64,000 nt of DNA. Source: Azolla caroliniana. Lineage: Eukaryota; Plantae; Polypodiophyta. Shown piece by piece: positions 35,414-49,832 of the stretch (the first letter of the stretch is position 1; each line of letters begins with the position of its first letter). The position numbers and the translations under genes were made by a program. The stretch is from assembly GCA_043228905.1 (NCBI GenBank), contig JBHGNT010000016.1, positions 1,116,001 through 1,180,000 of the forward strand. The letters run 5' to 3'. The notes below the pieces were generated by a model. The model saw only the letters and a list, made by a program, of their open reading frames with translations, was not told where the DNA came from and did no database searches.

Positions 35414-36299
35414 TTGGACCTATTGTCATTGAAACATTTATTGGGGTTTCAAATTGTTTCATGAGAACTCTCGAGTAGTTTCTATCAAATTTTCAAAGAT
35501 GATGAGTCCAGCAATGTTTTGTCATGGTTTAGATCGATATTCTACACACACTTCTTTGTTGTAAGTGCTCTTTGCCATGCTTTGTTGCTTGGTGTACTCT
35601 TCTCTATGCCTTTAAGAAAGGAATTCGAAAAGAGAAAAGAACTTGTGGATGAAATGTTAAATTCTTCAATATTAACAAGCTGCAGTACCTGCTAGAAAGT
35701 AGGCCAAATCATAATGCAACATTCGACATCAATTGTCTAAGCCAACAACTATAGCAAGGCAAGGCGAACAAATTCATGTGATGACATGCAAAGGAAGCAC
35801 CTTGGCATATAACTAGAGATGCCCCCCCCCTAGTTTTTACATATTGCCAACACAAATTCCAACATAATCCACAGTTTCAAACAACTTATTGTGAATAATA
35901 CATATTGGTATATAAAATAAATGTGTCCAACATCACAATGAACTTATAAATTGTGTTAACCTACATATATTGAGCAAGCACTAGATTGTCTCATATAATA
36001 AAAGGGTTAGTATCGAAAATCTCGCGCGTCTATGACCTACTATCATCTACGCCCTCCTAACTTTACGAAATACCAATATCCACAAAAGAAAAATAGATCT
36101 AATTTATCTTTTGTACTAAAATTTTCGTAATGGCTTTATTAAAGGTCAGTCAAATTTTGATATACCCTTCTTCTTTTAAATTAAAGGGTAGCTTTGTGAT
36201 TCACCCTTTCTCTCATAGGCCAAAAAAATTGTTATATATTTTTAAGGATTCAACTGGGAAATAGGAAACTCAGAATGATACACAAGAAATGAATTGATT

Positions 36300-37380
36300 G
36301 TAAAATACAAACTCAAAAACAAAGACAAGTTATGTTCATTGATAGGATCCATAACCAAGAATAAAACTTAAAATTATCAAAAATGGTATAGGAATCTGTG
36401 TGCTTCACATTTTTTCTTATAGAACAAAAAATTGCTATATCTTTATAAAGAATCCACTATAAAATAGAACAGTTCAAATGATATACAAGAGATGTGTATT
36501 CTTAAATATTAATGGTTACTATCAACATATGTATGAAACATGCACAAATAAGTATGAATGCTTCAATCATTATCTTTCAAGGTATAATCATGTTCTTTAT
36601 CAGAGAATAATCCATAAAGAATATAAAAACTAAAATGCATAAGCTCTGAAACCATATCCAAGTATAAATAATCAAGCATTTCTTCAAATGAATGTTTTGG
36701 TAGATGCTTCAGATGCTTTGTATACTTGACAAAAACCAATACAACGGACTTGTCTAGCCATTTAAGCTATTTTTGTATAAAAGTTTAACCCATTCATTGC
36801 AGTTAATAACACTGTTGACTCAAATTTTGGCATGATACATTATAGCTCACTTGCCAGCAAAACAAAATACATAACCAGTTATAGATGCACATAGTGGTTT
36901 CATCAAATGCAACTCATTTATTATTCAAGGCATGGTGATTATGGTGCTTAATGAAGTCTCCAGAAACGTGATACTAGAGCATAAAATCCAAAGGAAGCCA
37001 AGTGAGTGATATAAGCCTATTGATTATCCCAAATGACGTGAACAGCCAGTGTATTATTTTATAATGGTAAATAGATCAATGAGAAAATATCGTTGCTTTA
37101 GGCTGTATTCTTACCTTTTGCTGTTTTTTTTTATTTTTTACGTTCTTTTTATACTTTGGCCCCTATATACTCTGGGCTTATTTACATACCTAAATCCGAA
37201 AATTGATCAAATGTCGTTAAACTGGTCTCTAAACTACAACCAAAATGAATATGAAAATGGTGCTCTGTAATTGATCACTTTGATAATCAAAATATGGCTC
37301 CTAAGTTACAGCCAATATGTGATAAAAAGGTAATGGAATTTGTAAATCAAGATATGTCTATTCTATGTTCTATTTTCTAT
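36300..37380 (-). pseudogene. Exon-less remnant of a duplicated NADK3 intron 1
   Basis: 36303-36660 matches ~62156-62530 and 37261-37370 matches ~62647-62760, in the same orientation. No NADK exons are recognisable nearby. Confidence 0.8.
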
Positions 37381-37519
37381 AATTCATAGCTCTAATCCTA
37401 GCTATTGTTTGCCAAAGTCCGGGGAAGAGGAAACAGGGGAGAGCCCTCCAGCTCCATCATTACACACAAAACAGGTATACAGAGAGGTTTTCAGCTGAAC
37501 TATATATAAAATATGTATA

Positions 37520-37750
37520 CATAGTATGAACCATACGTGCCTTCGCATTCGCGTATGGTAAATAGCAGCAATACCATACTTTTGTATTCATTATTTATTA
37601 TAAGCTAAAACTGTTTTCTAAGGTAAGAAAGTTAAGGTTAAAAAATATAATAAACAAAACATAAGTATGTTTTTATAACATACGTATTCGTTTGAAAACG
37701 TATGAAAAAAGAATGTTCTGCAAATGCATTCGAGAATGTTATGTACTATG
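37520..37750. mobile_element. hAT-type MITE, copy 1
   Basis: CATAGTA..TACTATG termini with an 8-bp TSD TATGTATA; homologous to 50108-50307 (inverted). Confidence 0.85.
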
Positions 37751-37796
37751 TATGTATATGGCTTGAGTTCCCTGACTGTTAAAATTTCCTCCTCCT

Positions 37797-38031
37797 TTGT
37801 GTTTTGGGGACATTCATGCACAAAAGCAAGGTAGTTCTATCTTTCTTATCTGGTTCATTAGAAAATATGAGACCCAAGTGTTTTGGGGACATTCATGCAC
37901 AAAAACAAGGGTAGTGTCTTCCTTATGTGGTTCATTAGAAAATATGAAACCCAAGTGTTTTGGGGTCATTCATGCACAAAAACAAGGGTAGTGTCTTCCT
38001 TATGTGGTTCATTAGAAAATATGAAACCCAA
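37797..38031. repeat. About 79-bp tandem repeat, 3 copies
   Basis: Unit GTGTTTTGGGGACATTCATGCACAAAA..GGTTCATTAGAAAATATGAAACCCAA. Confidence 0.9.
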
Positions 38032-40779
38032 GGCCTCCTAATGTCCGAATGAGAATGTGTGTGTGTGTGAGAGAGAGAGCGAGAGAAAGAAAGAAAGATA
38101 TATTAACGTCTTTTAAGACGCCAAAATTGCCTATAAGACCAAATAAGAGAGAGAGACTGATTGCAATCTATGGGATGGGCCCTAACCTATGGTAAGAATC
38201 AAACTTGCGTTCTCTCAATTTTATGATTTTGATGCTATGGTGTAAACCACCAACCCAACAATCAAGAGATATTGTAGTTTCTACAAGTTCTCTATGGATG
38301 AATAATTTGCATTTAAGTTTGAAAGCCATACACCACCTTCGAGGGAAGCTTTGCATTTATGTCTTAAAGCCTTACACTACATAGTACCTTAAAGGAAAAC
38401 TTCGCATTTATATCTATTCGCTTTACACCACCCTACAGGGTTTGTTTCTCTTGCCATAAAATCCTCGCCATTGTAGTAGGGGAAACATGGGGTTTTCAAC
38501 TTGTCATGCTTGTTTTATAGTATAACAACACACATACACAAACAATGGACACAATTCACTTTTATTTTATTGTTAGGTAGCTGATATTTTTACCAATGAA
38601 TGTCGCAACTACAAAGTAAGGAACAATTAAATATTGAGATTGGTAGAAATTAAAGTCTTTGTGATGTTTGAGGTATAACTATGTGCTTATCTTAATTTCT
38701 ATGTAATTAGGAGGTAGGAACCTTTGTTATTGCTAAATACACAAATACATATGTACACAAATTTGTTCACGTTTTGATGCATATGTACACAAAAGGCTTT
38801 CACAGATATGTAGGTCCCTTTGAGGTATCAATACCCCTGTTCCGATGTTATGCATGTGTGTGTCGGTATATATTCTCTCTACTAAAACTACCCTAATATC
38901 ATTCTAACTCATAGTACACTCAAAATGATTTTGCGACTAAAGTGGCTTCATGAAGTCATTTTCCACGATCCTTGGGTTGAAAATGGTTACCTTCCCTAAA
39001 AACAAAAAACAATGGTAATAAATGGGTTAAAGAAAGAAGTCATAGTCCTCATTAACTCAACAAGGTAATTTTAAGTACATTGTTGGGTGTATTTGATCTA
39101 TGGTAGTGCTACAATAGATCTTCGAATGACTTTATAATATGTGTTGGTTCTTCTTAGTAATACGGTACAAGAATTACAATAGGCTAGCCTCTTTTGAATA
39201 GTTCAATTGTCACTACCACTATATCTATATGTATTTGATGGCATTTAAAGCATACAAATTTATGTCATTGTACTTTGATCTATGTCATTTAATGGCCTCC
39301 TTCACTTAGATTAGGCCTTAAGCATATTGGCCTTCTTAATGTGATTATCGTATGTAACATGGAGTTAAATCCTACACTCAAGAGACACGATTAATAATCA
39401 AGGAGAATATTGGACACTTACATACTTAATCAATACTTAATCAACACTTGAATTAATTTTTTTCCAAACAGATACTATATTAATATTAAGAAACGCCCTA
39501 AGTCTATACATAAAAGACAAACATTTTGGTAATGAGCCCCTTTCTAAGTTCTAATTCTTGGCATAAATAAATACTTTGATGTAGAGTTAAACATCTATAA
39601 AATATTCCTTTATCCCATACAGCATGAAACTCCAATCTTTTGAGACCCACTTGATGCATATTACTTTTGATGTTATCCAAAGAACCTCTAAGATTATGCA
39701 TAGTTTCCATTATTGTTGAACTCATGGAAAGACAAGAAGGTATGAGAGAAAGGGGTATTATTTTAAGCGAGGAAAATAATGTGCTTAGAGGAGTGTGGTG
39801 GGAGGTGCTTTATGCGTCACTTCATGGTCCAGTCCACAAGCCCTTGGGACATGCATTTATTTCTAGGAGTCATCAATACACTTGGTAGAGTACTAGAAGT
39901 GGTACTCCTAAAGGATAATGATGGAAGCCCCCCCACAACATCAAATGATGGCACATAGCACCACATCCGTCACCACAACCTAAACACATACTAGCACCTC
40001 TAGCCCAAGGATACGAAAACACATGGAATTCGTTGGAGAACGAGCTAATAGGGAGAACTCAAAAGATCCCACATCGTTAGGGTTCCGCTCTTGCTCTTGA
40101 CACAAAATGACCGAGGCACTCCTCCAACTAGCGGTGATCAAGACCACAACACCCCATAACTCACCAACAGTAAAACAGACCTCCTAGTTAACTCAGATGC
40201 AATTCATGACATTATAAAGATAACGTTTGTGCTCGATTGCTAGTTATTTGTGCTCTCCCAAGCTAAGTTGGAGGATCAAAGCCAAGCTTCTAAAAATCAT
40301 TTGCTTGCGTTACCACAATTATGCGGTCTCAATAACCATTCCATATGTTTAGAGGGGTAAAGTGATGAGATGTTTTGGTACGGAATTTTGGGTTATTGAA
40401 TTAGTTGTTATCGTCTGGTAATGTAAAGAAGTGCCAAATTACCAATGTTAAAATACTTAGACTAAGGATCACGTTTGGGGGAGAGTGGTGTCGATAGCTT
40501 TTATGTTTATGAATGAACTTTGCAACAAATTTGCCAATGAGGGTAGGCATCTGCATGGAGTAAGGAGCATATTCAATTGTTTTCCTTTTGGATTTGGTTG
40601 TTTCCATGCCATATGTTGTTAATGTGAGTTGATGTGCACTTACTCTTTTTGCACCAACCTTTTGTCCTAAAATGCAAGCTTCTCAATGTATGGTTATGAG
40701 CATAATCCTCATGTGTACCATGGTTTTCTTGGAGGAGGTTGACTATTGCATAACATGTCATGTTATTAACTTGTAGGAT

Positions 40780-41310
40780 TTCTATTAAGTTGGTAAGATT
40801 TAAGGGTTTTTTTTATGTTGGGCCTCTTCATTGTAGCATTCTATGCTAGTAGTGAAGCATGATGTGGTTTCCCTCTTCATCGCAACACTTGGTACATGCA
40901 GGATACATCTCATGTAATCTCACTAGCATGCGAATCCAATTCATAAGAGATTCATGGCTAAAGGATGAAGGTAATTGGGTTTAAATTTTATCCATGATCT
41001 ATCGTCTTGGTTGAATTCCCAGTCATGCTTGGGGTTTTGTGCCAACAACCTAACCTCAATTTGAGTTGTAATTGAGTGGTCATCCATCAATTGGTGGTCT
41101 TCTTTTCAAGCACATTTTGCATATGCACTTGAACACCTTAGATCTTATTGCCCTTCTACATGTAAATTACATCACATCCAAATTCCATTAGTAGTTTGTT
41201 GATCCATAAAAAATCTTGTCCTGATAGGTAGTCATATTCTTGTTCCTTCCTTCACATACTTTGTAACTACAAATATGAGGTAGAATTCTACCCATACACT
41301 TTTAAATATA
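40780..41310 (-). mobile_element. Ancient gypsy protease-region relic of the same lineage as the 16.9-kb element
   Basis: Minus-strand KTIDHG*NLN at ~40980-41010 resembles ALVDHGSEIN; otherwise very decayed. Confidence 0.35.
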
Positions 41311-41339
41311 TGGTTCACTATCATACCCTCCTTTTAGTA

Positions 41340-41626
41340 GGGACCATACATGTTATACATTTTGTCCCCACTTTTATGAGAAGTGAAGGATATACAATAA
41401 GATATATTTTTATTTTTATTGTCACATCGATGATGATTCATTCATATATCATGTGTGTGTATGTGTTTGGGGGAGAGGGGGGACCATACATGTTATACAT
41501 TTTGTCCCCACTTTTATGAGAAGTGAAGGATATACAATAAGATAGTTTTTTATTTTTATTGTGTCATCGATGATGAATCATTCATATATCATGTGTGTGT
41601 GTGTGTGTGTTTGGAGGAGAGGGGGG
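41340..41626. repeat. About 140-bp tandem duplication
   Basis: GGGACCATACATGTTATACATTTTGTCCCCAC..GAGAGGGG occurs twice. Confidence 0.9.
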
Positions 41627-42739
41627 ATTGGTGTGTCTCTTGATATTGAATGCTTTTTTATATTGATGAATGTTGCAAGTAAGAGAAGATATAGACTGTG
41701 TGTGCGAGGTATACATCAGGGTTGAAATTGTGGGGAAAGCAAGCTCAAATATGGTCTAAGGGACCAAAGTATTATAACATGTTGGAATAGCACATGTGGA
41801 GGTAAGCTGATTATATATGTACATATAATCAAAGAAACATATTATTTATGTCCACAACGAACCAATGGAATGCCTAATTGGTGAACAACTTTCACGTATG
41901 GGAGAAGATAGATTTGTGAATCAATCAATATATATCTTACAAAGATATATCATTAATGTTGTCATTGATATGATACCTAATTGGTGAAACATTTACACAT
42001 GCGTGATATTTAGCTACATATGCAATGAATTATCTATTATTTGAAAATAAAAATAAAATCTATACCTTCCCCCCTTTTTGGTTGTTAAAAATTGAGAAAT
42101 CTCAAAGTTCGACCTTTGCCTTGGGCTACGCCCATCTCATGGGTCACAACCAATCTCTTGTAGACACCCAAAAGCTATCTATCTAGTTAATTAGCTCTTT
42201 CAAAAGAGAATATAAATAGGTTATTGTCCCTACGAAAATAATGAGGATCTTACAATAAGGTAAATACTCAATGGTGTTGGGTGTGCAAGCTAAAGAATCT
42301 GCGCCAAGTAATTGTGTATGTTCAACCTTGATTGCATGGGAAACACTACATAACTTTTTATCTTATAATATTGTTCTCGGAGTTATCCTATTTACTTGTG
42401 CAAAAAGGTCTCGAGTTCAAATTGCTCTCTAGCCTTTGCTACTCAAATTTTGTTTACCCTAATCTTCCATACTCTCTTTCATTTAACCAAGTTATTCTTC
42501 TCGAGTTTTGTCCATCTCACCATATCCTAGTCCAAAATCCTAGGGGTTCCACCCATGCACACACAAATTTGACACACACAATAACAAGAGAGTGATATGA
42601 TGCTTAAATGGTGAAATCACAACATTAATTTCAAATTGCAAAGTAGTAATTTAATCTTTAGGTAAGGTAGAAATGGTTTAAATTTAATCTTATTAACCAC
42701 ACATACTTATGTGTATAGGACACACTAAGGGATAGGCCA

Positions 42740-43740
42740 AATGATCGGCCTAATATGATCCCTCCAAGCCTGAGTATATATATGAGGAACTAAAGGCTTG
42801 TGGGGTGTTTATCATTTTCAGTGCTTGTCATCTTGTAGAGTGCATACCTACTACTACCTATCATACTGTAGTGCAATTTTGGAACTTGGGTAATGTAGGA
42901 CACTCTTGGTTAAATGCTTATTGGAAATGGCTATGGGCCATGCAAATTCCTAGAAAAGCTATGTTGTTTAGATGGTTGTTGGTACATTATGGCACCCTTG
43001 TGAAGTCATGGATGAAGGGGCATTGCCATGATTTAAAATGTGACAATTGTGGTTTTCCCAATGAAACGGTGCACCATGTTTTATGGGTATGCCCTATAGC
43101 TAGAGTAGTATGGAAAAGAGTGTTGAGAATTTTGCATCCTATTTATGGTAAACAGGTGTACACATGGGATGGGGTTTTGTGAGATGGGGAAAGTTGGTTG
43201 AAGAAATACAGAATCATGAAAGGGACTGTGTTGATTTTCTTCGCCTCTCTTATGGAAGACATGTGTTGGAGGCCTCTTATACTACACCAATCCATTGTTT
43301 GGAAGAAGACAAGGTTTGGTCTACTGTATCTTCTTTAGTAGTTTGGATATTATGGAAGGCAAGACGTAAGTGTGTATTTCAAAATGTCAAACCGAATGCG
43401 GTTGAGTTAGTCAAGGAGATATGGTTGATGCTCTTGCATACTCTAAGAGGTCAATATGAGGCAATACATGGCAAGCTTCATGTGGTGCTTCGCAAGCAAC
43501 AACAATTTAGAGAAATTTGGAAAAAGGCAGAGGTCTTCACCTATTTTGGGGACATAATAAAATGGAGATATGCTACACCAAAATGGCTTTTTTCTGCCAC
43601 CCCGTCTTGAAAAGACCTTGCATGAGGTTTCCGCTACTAGACATGTTGATTCATGTGGGTAGGAGGGTTGTAATATATTGTATGGATATGTTGTAGCCTT
43701 TGGGCATCTTTTCATTAATACCACGATGAATCTTGACTTA
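42740..43740 (+). mobile_element. L1-clade LINE 3' fragment (zf-RVT)
   Basis: WKWLWAMQIPRK..FRWLL..CDNCGFPNETVHHVLWVCP and VWILWKARRKCVF; frameshift near 43165. Confidence 0.82.
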
Positions 43741-44481
43741 AAAAAATAAAATAAAATAATTTGCCTTCAATAATCCATGAGTTTAAAACACCACACTCAT
43801 GAAAAAGCCAATGTTAATAAATGTCTTAGATGAAGAAGTTGCACTTCTCATTAACTTGACAAGAAGGATTAAATAGAGTATTTTGAAGATACTTGATGAT
43901 AGGCAATGGTTCTTTTGACTAATAACACATTAAGGAGTATAACTTGATAGTGTTCCTTTGGATGACATTCATATTGATATTAACATTTCTTATAGAAATA
44001 TTTTATACATCTAGAATGTAGAGTTAGTTTCCTTCCCAATTACATTTATAAAATATGAAACCATCCATGTCTATTATTCATTGATAACTCAATGGGACCT
44101 ACATATGTATCCAAGCCTTCTGTGTGCAAATGGACCAGAATTTGGCACATTCGCCCAAGTGACTTGTAAGCATTCTTGAATAGGGTAGATATCTTATCTA
44201 GCTAAAAAGTGTGGAGTTTGGTATCACATTTTATACAACCTTCGTATTGTGGTGTGCATGTGTTCCTTTGTGCCACCCTTTTAGCACACCTTTTTTAGCA
44301 TGCATGTTGCTAAGCCAACCCACCCTTTTAGCACACCCTTTTTAACACGCATGTAGCTAAGCCAACCCAAATGGGTACCTTTGTATCGACTATAAATTGA
44401 AGAAGAAGTAAGAAGATAAGCATGCTGGTTTTGATCTCTTTGTGTGCATTTCACATCTTGGTGGAGATGCGGGGTAAAAAG

Positions 44482-47400
44482 TGTTAGGATTGAAACCGGC
44501 CACAACCAATTGATCGTATGCGTATTTAGGTGCAAAGAAACGAGCATGATAGTGCATAGACAAAAAAACGAAGAACAGACACGAAAAGATAGAGACACAA
44601 GAATTTAGTGTGGAAAACCTGAATGTGAAAAACCATGTGGAGTCCACAAACTCCAAAACTCAATCACTATGTTGAGAGGAAGTACAATAAGAAACTTTGA
44701 GGCAATGACCTCGAGATCTTCTCCTTCGTCTGTTAGACAAACGGTTACAGAGTAGACACCCTCTCACTCTCACTCACTCTCACTCACTCACTCACACTCT
44801 CTCTCCCTTACACTTAGTTATTGGGTTTTACTTAGCTTGCAGTTCATCGGCAATGTCGAGTTGACCGGATTTACGCTTTCCATGTCGAATCTTTGGAGCA
44901 CCTTTGTCACGTACTTCTCCTGTGACAACCACAATAGCTTCTTTGTCCGGTCCCAAACAATGTGCATTCCCAGTATTTGCTTTGCCGGACCCATATCCTT
45001 CATCGAGAATGACCTACTCTAGGCCTTCCTCAAGGTTCTGATTTTCTTTGTGTCTCGTCCGACTATTAGCATATTGACAACATACAATAGGAGGATAAGA
45101 AAATCTTCTGAGTCCATCATATTTCTTAACAAAGACACAATGATCGGCTTGTGTCTTGTCGAAATTGTGATCCACCATGAAGGATTCGAATTTTTAGTAC
45201 TATTGCTGAGGTGCTTGCGCTTGCTTCAGCCCATATAAGCTCTTCCTCAATCGGCATGCCATGTTTTCTTTACCTTTCTCCACAAATCCTCCTTGCTGGT
45301 GCATGTAAATCTCTTCCTCCAAATCTCCATGAAGGAAGGCAGTCTTGACGCCTAGCTACTCGACTTTGAGGTTCATGTTGGCCGCTATGCTCAACACAGT
45401 TTGGATTGACGTCATCTTTACAACTAGGGCAAATATTTTGTCGAAATCGACACCCTTCTTTTGTTGAAAGCCTTTCACCACAATTCGGGCTTCATAACTG
45501 GGTGGATTCTCATTTGTTCTTGACTTCAATTTGTATAACCCACTTATTCCGAAGTGCCTTCTTCCCTTTCAGCAACTCGGTCAATTCGTATGTGTGGTTC
45601 TCATGCAAGGAATCCATCTCGTCTTGCATGACACTCAACCACTCTCAGTTGTGGCTATCGTTATTAGCTTCCTCAAAGCTTTCTGGCTCCCCCTCATCAA
45701 TTAGTAGCACATAATCACTATGAATGATATTTCATAGAGGATATCCTCGACCTTCTCTCTCTTAGAGGATATCTTTGGCCTTCGTTCGACATAGTCGGCT
45801 CTTGTCTGACTCCTTTGGTCAGTTCTTCATCTGAATCAGATTCAGATCCTTGTTCGGCCAGTTCCACTTATTCCTCAGTCGGTTCTCAGTTTTGCTAAGT
45901 ATTTAAACGGTCGACTGGTTCAGATTCGACTTCGATCAAATCGATTTCTGTCCGATTCGGTCAAAGTCAGCTCTTGTCCGATTCCTTCGGTCGGTTCTTC
46001 ATCCGATTCGGATTCGGATCCTTGTTCGGACAGTTCCACTTGTTCCTCAGTTAGTTCTTGATTTTGCCTAGTATTTAATCGGCCGACTGGTTCGAATTCG
46101 ACTTCGATCAAATTGATTTCTGTCCGATTCGACCAAACATAAACTTGGCTCGAATCAACGGCTAGAGGCTTATTTTCCTTCTCCCAATCGGCTAGTGTCT
46201 TTTCTTCCATGAAGACAGTATTTCAGCTCCCAATCACTTTCTTATCGATTAGGTCCCATAGTCGATAGCTGAATTCATCATTGTCGTAGCCGAGAAATAT
46301 CCATGGCCGAGTTTTTGGATCTAATTTTCCCCTTCAATCTTAAGTCACATGCACATAGGCAAGACAACCGAACACCTTCAGGTGTCAGTACAACACATCT
46401 TTGCCGGTCCATACTGTGAAACATCTCCGTCCAAGGGTAGCGAGGGTGATCTATTTATCACGTACGCTGCCGTCATCAACGCTTCAACCTAGAATGTCTT
46501 GGATAACTTGGCATGTGCTAACATACTTTCGATCCTTTCCATTATGGTCCGGTTCATCCTTTAGGCCAACCCGTTGAGCTTTGGCGTTTTTGGTACTGTG
46601 TACTCATGACGAATACCTTGAGTTCGGTAGTACTCTTCGAATTGCTCGCGGTATTCACTGCCATTGTCTGCTCAGATTGCTTTCAGTTTTCGGCCGGTGC
46701 CGCGAATTTACGCGTGTGTGTGCGAAACAAAGGTAGGACCATGGAGGCCTCAGACCAAGGAGCGCAAGAAGGGAAAGAAGAGAAACGACACACCATTATC
46801 AGCAAGACAGGTACCAACGATTAATTAGGGAAATAGAGTAATTACAACTGGCTCAGTCGGGGCCGAGCTACAAGCTCATCGAACAACTCACACACTCACG
46901 CACCAAGATACAATAGGGAACCTCTGACGGGAGCACACGAGCTTCCTACACGAGCAGAGGTGTCCGTGCTAACAAAACGAAGCAGAAGGTAGAGAGCGGG
47001 TGCTCGGTTTCATATCAGGTTTAGTTGAACCTTCGGAACGTGTCAAACATCCTTTAGCACTAGTTTACACCCGGTTGATGTCATCATACACACATCTCCT
47101 ATGCCGACAATTCGGCAGGCCCTTTATTTCCCATCTTCACAAGACAATGGTCTCTGGCTTTGTACGATGAGAAGCAGTTTTGGTCGTGGGTTAGGTGGAA
47201 TGACGCACCCAAATCGACCACCCATGTCAATTCTTCGCCAGGGAGATTTGCTTCATTCTGTTCACTAATAAACAATAGCTCCTCTTCACTCGCGGCTATT
47301 GTTGAGGTGTTCTTTTTGTCTGGGAACTTCTTCGGCTCTACACCATCACTCCCCCTTTCTCTTTCTGAAAGTGTCGGCAATTCTTTTGAAAGTGCCCTGA

Positions 47401-49339
47401 CTTCCCACAATAGAAGCACGTGGGCCTCCGCCTCGACTTCGACCTCGCCCCCGATTTATCTCAATTTTGGGGACTTCTATTTCAGCCTCTTCCTCAGTTC
47501 ATGTCAATTTCCATGACTAAGACCATTGGGTCGGCAATGGACTCTGTCCTTCCGGCGAGGTTCTTCATTCAACAAGCTCGACTTCACCTTCTCTAGGGAT
47601 ATATGCTTCCCTTCTGGTCCGACGTTACCCAATGTGACGTTTCCCAGCTGTTCGGAAGGGATCCCAGGAACAGTAATGCCAATACCCCGTCGGATAGAGG
47701 TACTTCTAGAGAGGTGGTTTGGTTGATAAGTCCCTGGAAGGTGTTCATATGATGAGCCATGCTGTGCCATCCTGATACTGGAGTCTCATGATCTTTCTAA
47801 AGACCAAGATTCTGTTCACGACGTTCTTGTTCTCTAACATTACACCAATCTTCTTCCAGAGGATGTCGACACTCGTCTCTTCATCAAAGTTGTTGTATAG
47901 ACTCATGTCTATAAAACACCTTATGTATGTTGCCGCGTTCAGATGCAACACTTCCCAAGTCGATGCTTTGATTTTGTCTGGCTTGGTCTTGTCGTATTGC
48001 ACCGGCAACCACAAGTCTTTGCACACGAGTATATTCCGCATCTTCGACTTCCACATTGAGTAGTTGGAGCCGGTTAACTTTAACATTCCGTTGAAATAAT
48101 CATCCATTGCTCTGATACCACTTATTAGGATCGGGACCGGCCATAACCGGTTGATCATATGTGTATTCGGGTGCAAAGAAATGTGCAGGATAGTGCATAG
48201 ACAGAAAAACGAAGAATAGACACGAAAAGATAAGAGACATAAGATTTTAGCGTGGAAAACCCGAATGGAAAAAACCTTGTGGAGTCCACAAACTCCAAAA
48301 CTAAATCACTATGTTGAGAGGAAGTACAATAAGAAACTCCGAGGCAATGACCTTGAGATCTTCTCCTTCATATGTTAGACAGACAGTTACAGAGTAGGCA
48401 CTCTCTTACTCTCACTCTCTCTCTTTTACACTTAGTTACCGAGGCAACTACAGAATGTAACATTACAATAATGACTGTTATACACATAAAGTTTGTCCTA
48501 GTTGTATTTATACTTATACAACTTTTTGATAGGATCGTGACCGGCCACAACCGGTTTTACTTCCAATGTTCGGGTACAAAGATCGACAAAGACAGTACAC
48601 AGACAGAAAAACAAGTACAAAGACACAAGATCTTTTACGTGGAAAACCCGAAAAAGGGAAGAAAACCCACGAGAGTCCTTGAACTCCAAACTAGATCACT
48701 ATATGGGGAGGAGTAAAACGTGAAGCTCCAAGGCAACAACCTTGAGTTCTCCTTCATCAGACAAACTGTTGTAGAGTTACTCACTCTCACTCTCACTCTC
48801 TCTCAATCTTACACAATTACTAAGGCAACTACCTTCTTTGTTACTATACACAAATAATGATCAACGACAATGATTCACCAACACTTAAAGTTTGCCCTAG
48901 TTGTATTTATACAATATACTTATACAACTTTCTGGCTATTTACAAATATAGTCCACATGGGGCACATTTAGACTATTTACTAATATAGTTTCCCGAATCA
49001 ATTATGTACTTGATTCTCGATTTTTGATTTCGGCCTCAGCCAAAATACTCATTGACTCCATGGAATTGGTTCTCCCATGTTCCATGATTCGAGCTTCACT
49101 TCCATATGGAGGGACTTGTTATCCAACACTTTCTAGCTATTTACAAATATAGCCCACATGGGGCACATTTAGACTATTTACAAATATAGTCTCCCGAATC
49201 GGTCATAAAATCGATTACTCGATTTTGGGTTTTGGGTTTTTGTCCTTGGCCGAATTACTCATCGACTCCATTCGAATCAGTTCTCCCTTTCCTTCGATTC
49301 GAACTCCTCTTCCCATCCAGAGGGGCATGTTATCTAACA
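44482..49339 (-). mobile_element. Decayed Ty1/copia element, related to the 11-28 kb copia
   Basis: 5' LTR 49339-48123, PBS TGGTATCAGAGC at 48120-48109, gag MLKLTGSNYSMWK, protease WVVDLGA, integrase and RT MKDMGPAKQILG. A deletion joins RT to the partial 3' LTR at 44820-44482. Imperfect TSD AAAAG/AAAAT. Confidence 0.88.
48527..49128 (-). mobile_element. Solo LTR nested in the 5' LTR of the second copia
   Basis: TG..CA, collinear with the host LTR, TSD CTTTT/CTTTC. Confidence 0.82.
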
Positions 49340-49788
49340 AAAATGTGCATGCTAAAAAAGGTGTGCGAAAAGGGTAGCACAAAGGAACACATACACACCA
49401 CAATATCAATTAACCCACATGTGAGATTAAAGTGCATCAAGTTACTCAATAACATTTCATACTACATTTACATGCATTATTGGGTGATTTATAAAAGTGA
49501 AATTAGCAAAGGATGGTTATATGTGTATGAATTCAAATTTTGAAAAAGCCTTCTATCTATGCTTAGTTAAAGTTGTTGCACCTACCTAATCACTTGGAAA
49601 TTAAGACAAACACATAGTTATACCTTGGGCAAAGTACGTCTGGTTGCAAAGGTTTGAAATCATTTGTATCCAATGTCAAGTTTTAATGGATGCTTACTCT
49701 CTGGTTGCAATATTCGTTGGTAAAAATGGCACAAACGTCAAATTCACATGTCATCTACCTAGCAATAAAAAAGTCAACTTGTACACGG

Positions 49789-49832
<44 letters not shown>

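Larger units (their letters stand above)
44245..49405. mobile_element. Small TIR element (MITE-like) split by the copia insertion
   Basis: About 60-bp inverted repeats at 44245-44304 and 49346-49405 (TATTGTGGTGTG..TTTTTTAGCATGCA). Only ~300 bp long once the copia is removed. Confidence 0.7.

Noticed and set aside
45790-46130. About 170-bp tandem duplication in the copia IN-RT linker
   Set aside because: A common expansion in a variable acidic linker; unremarkable.
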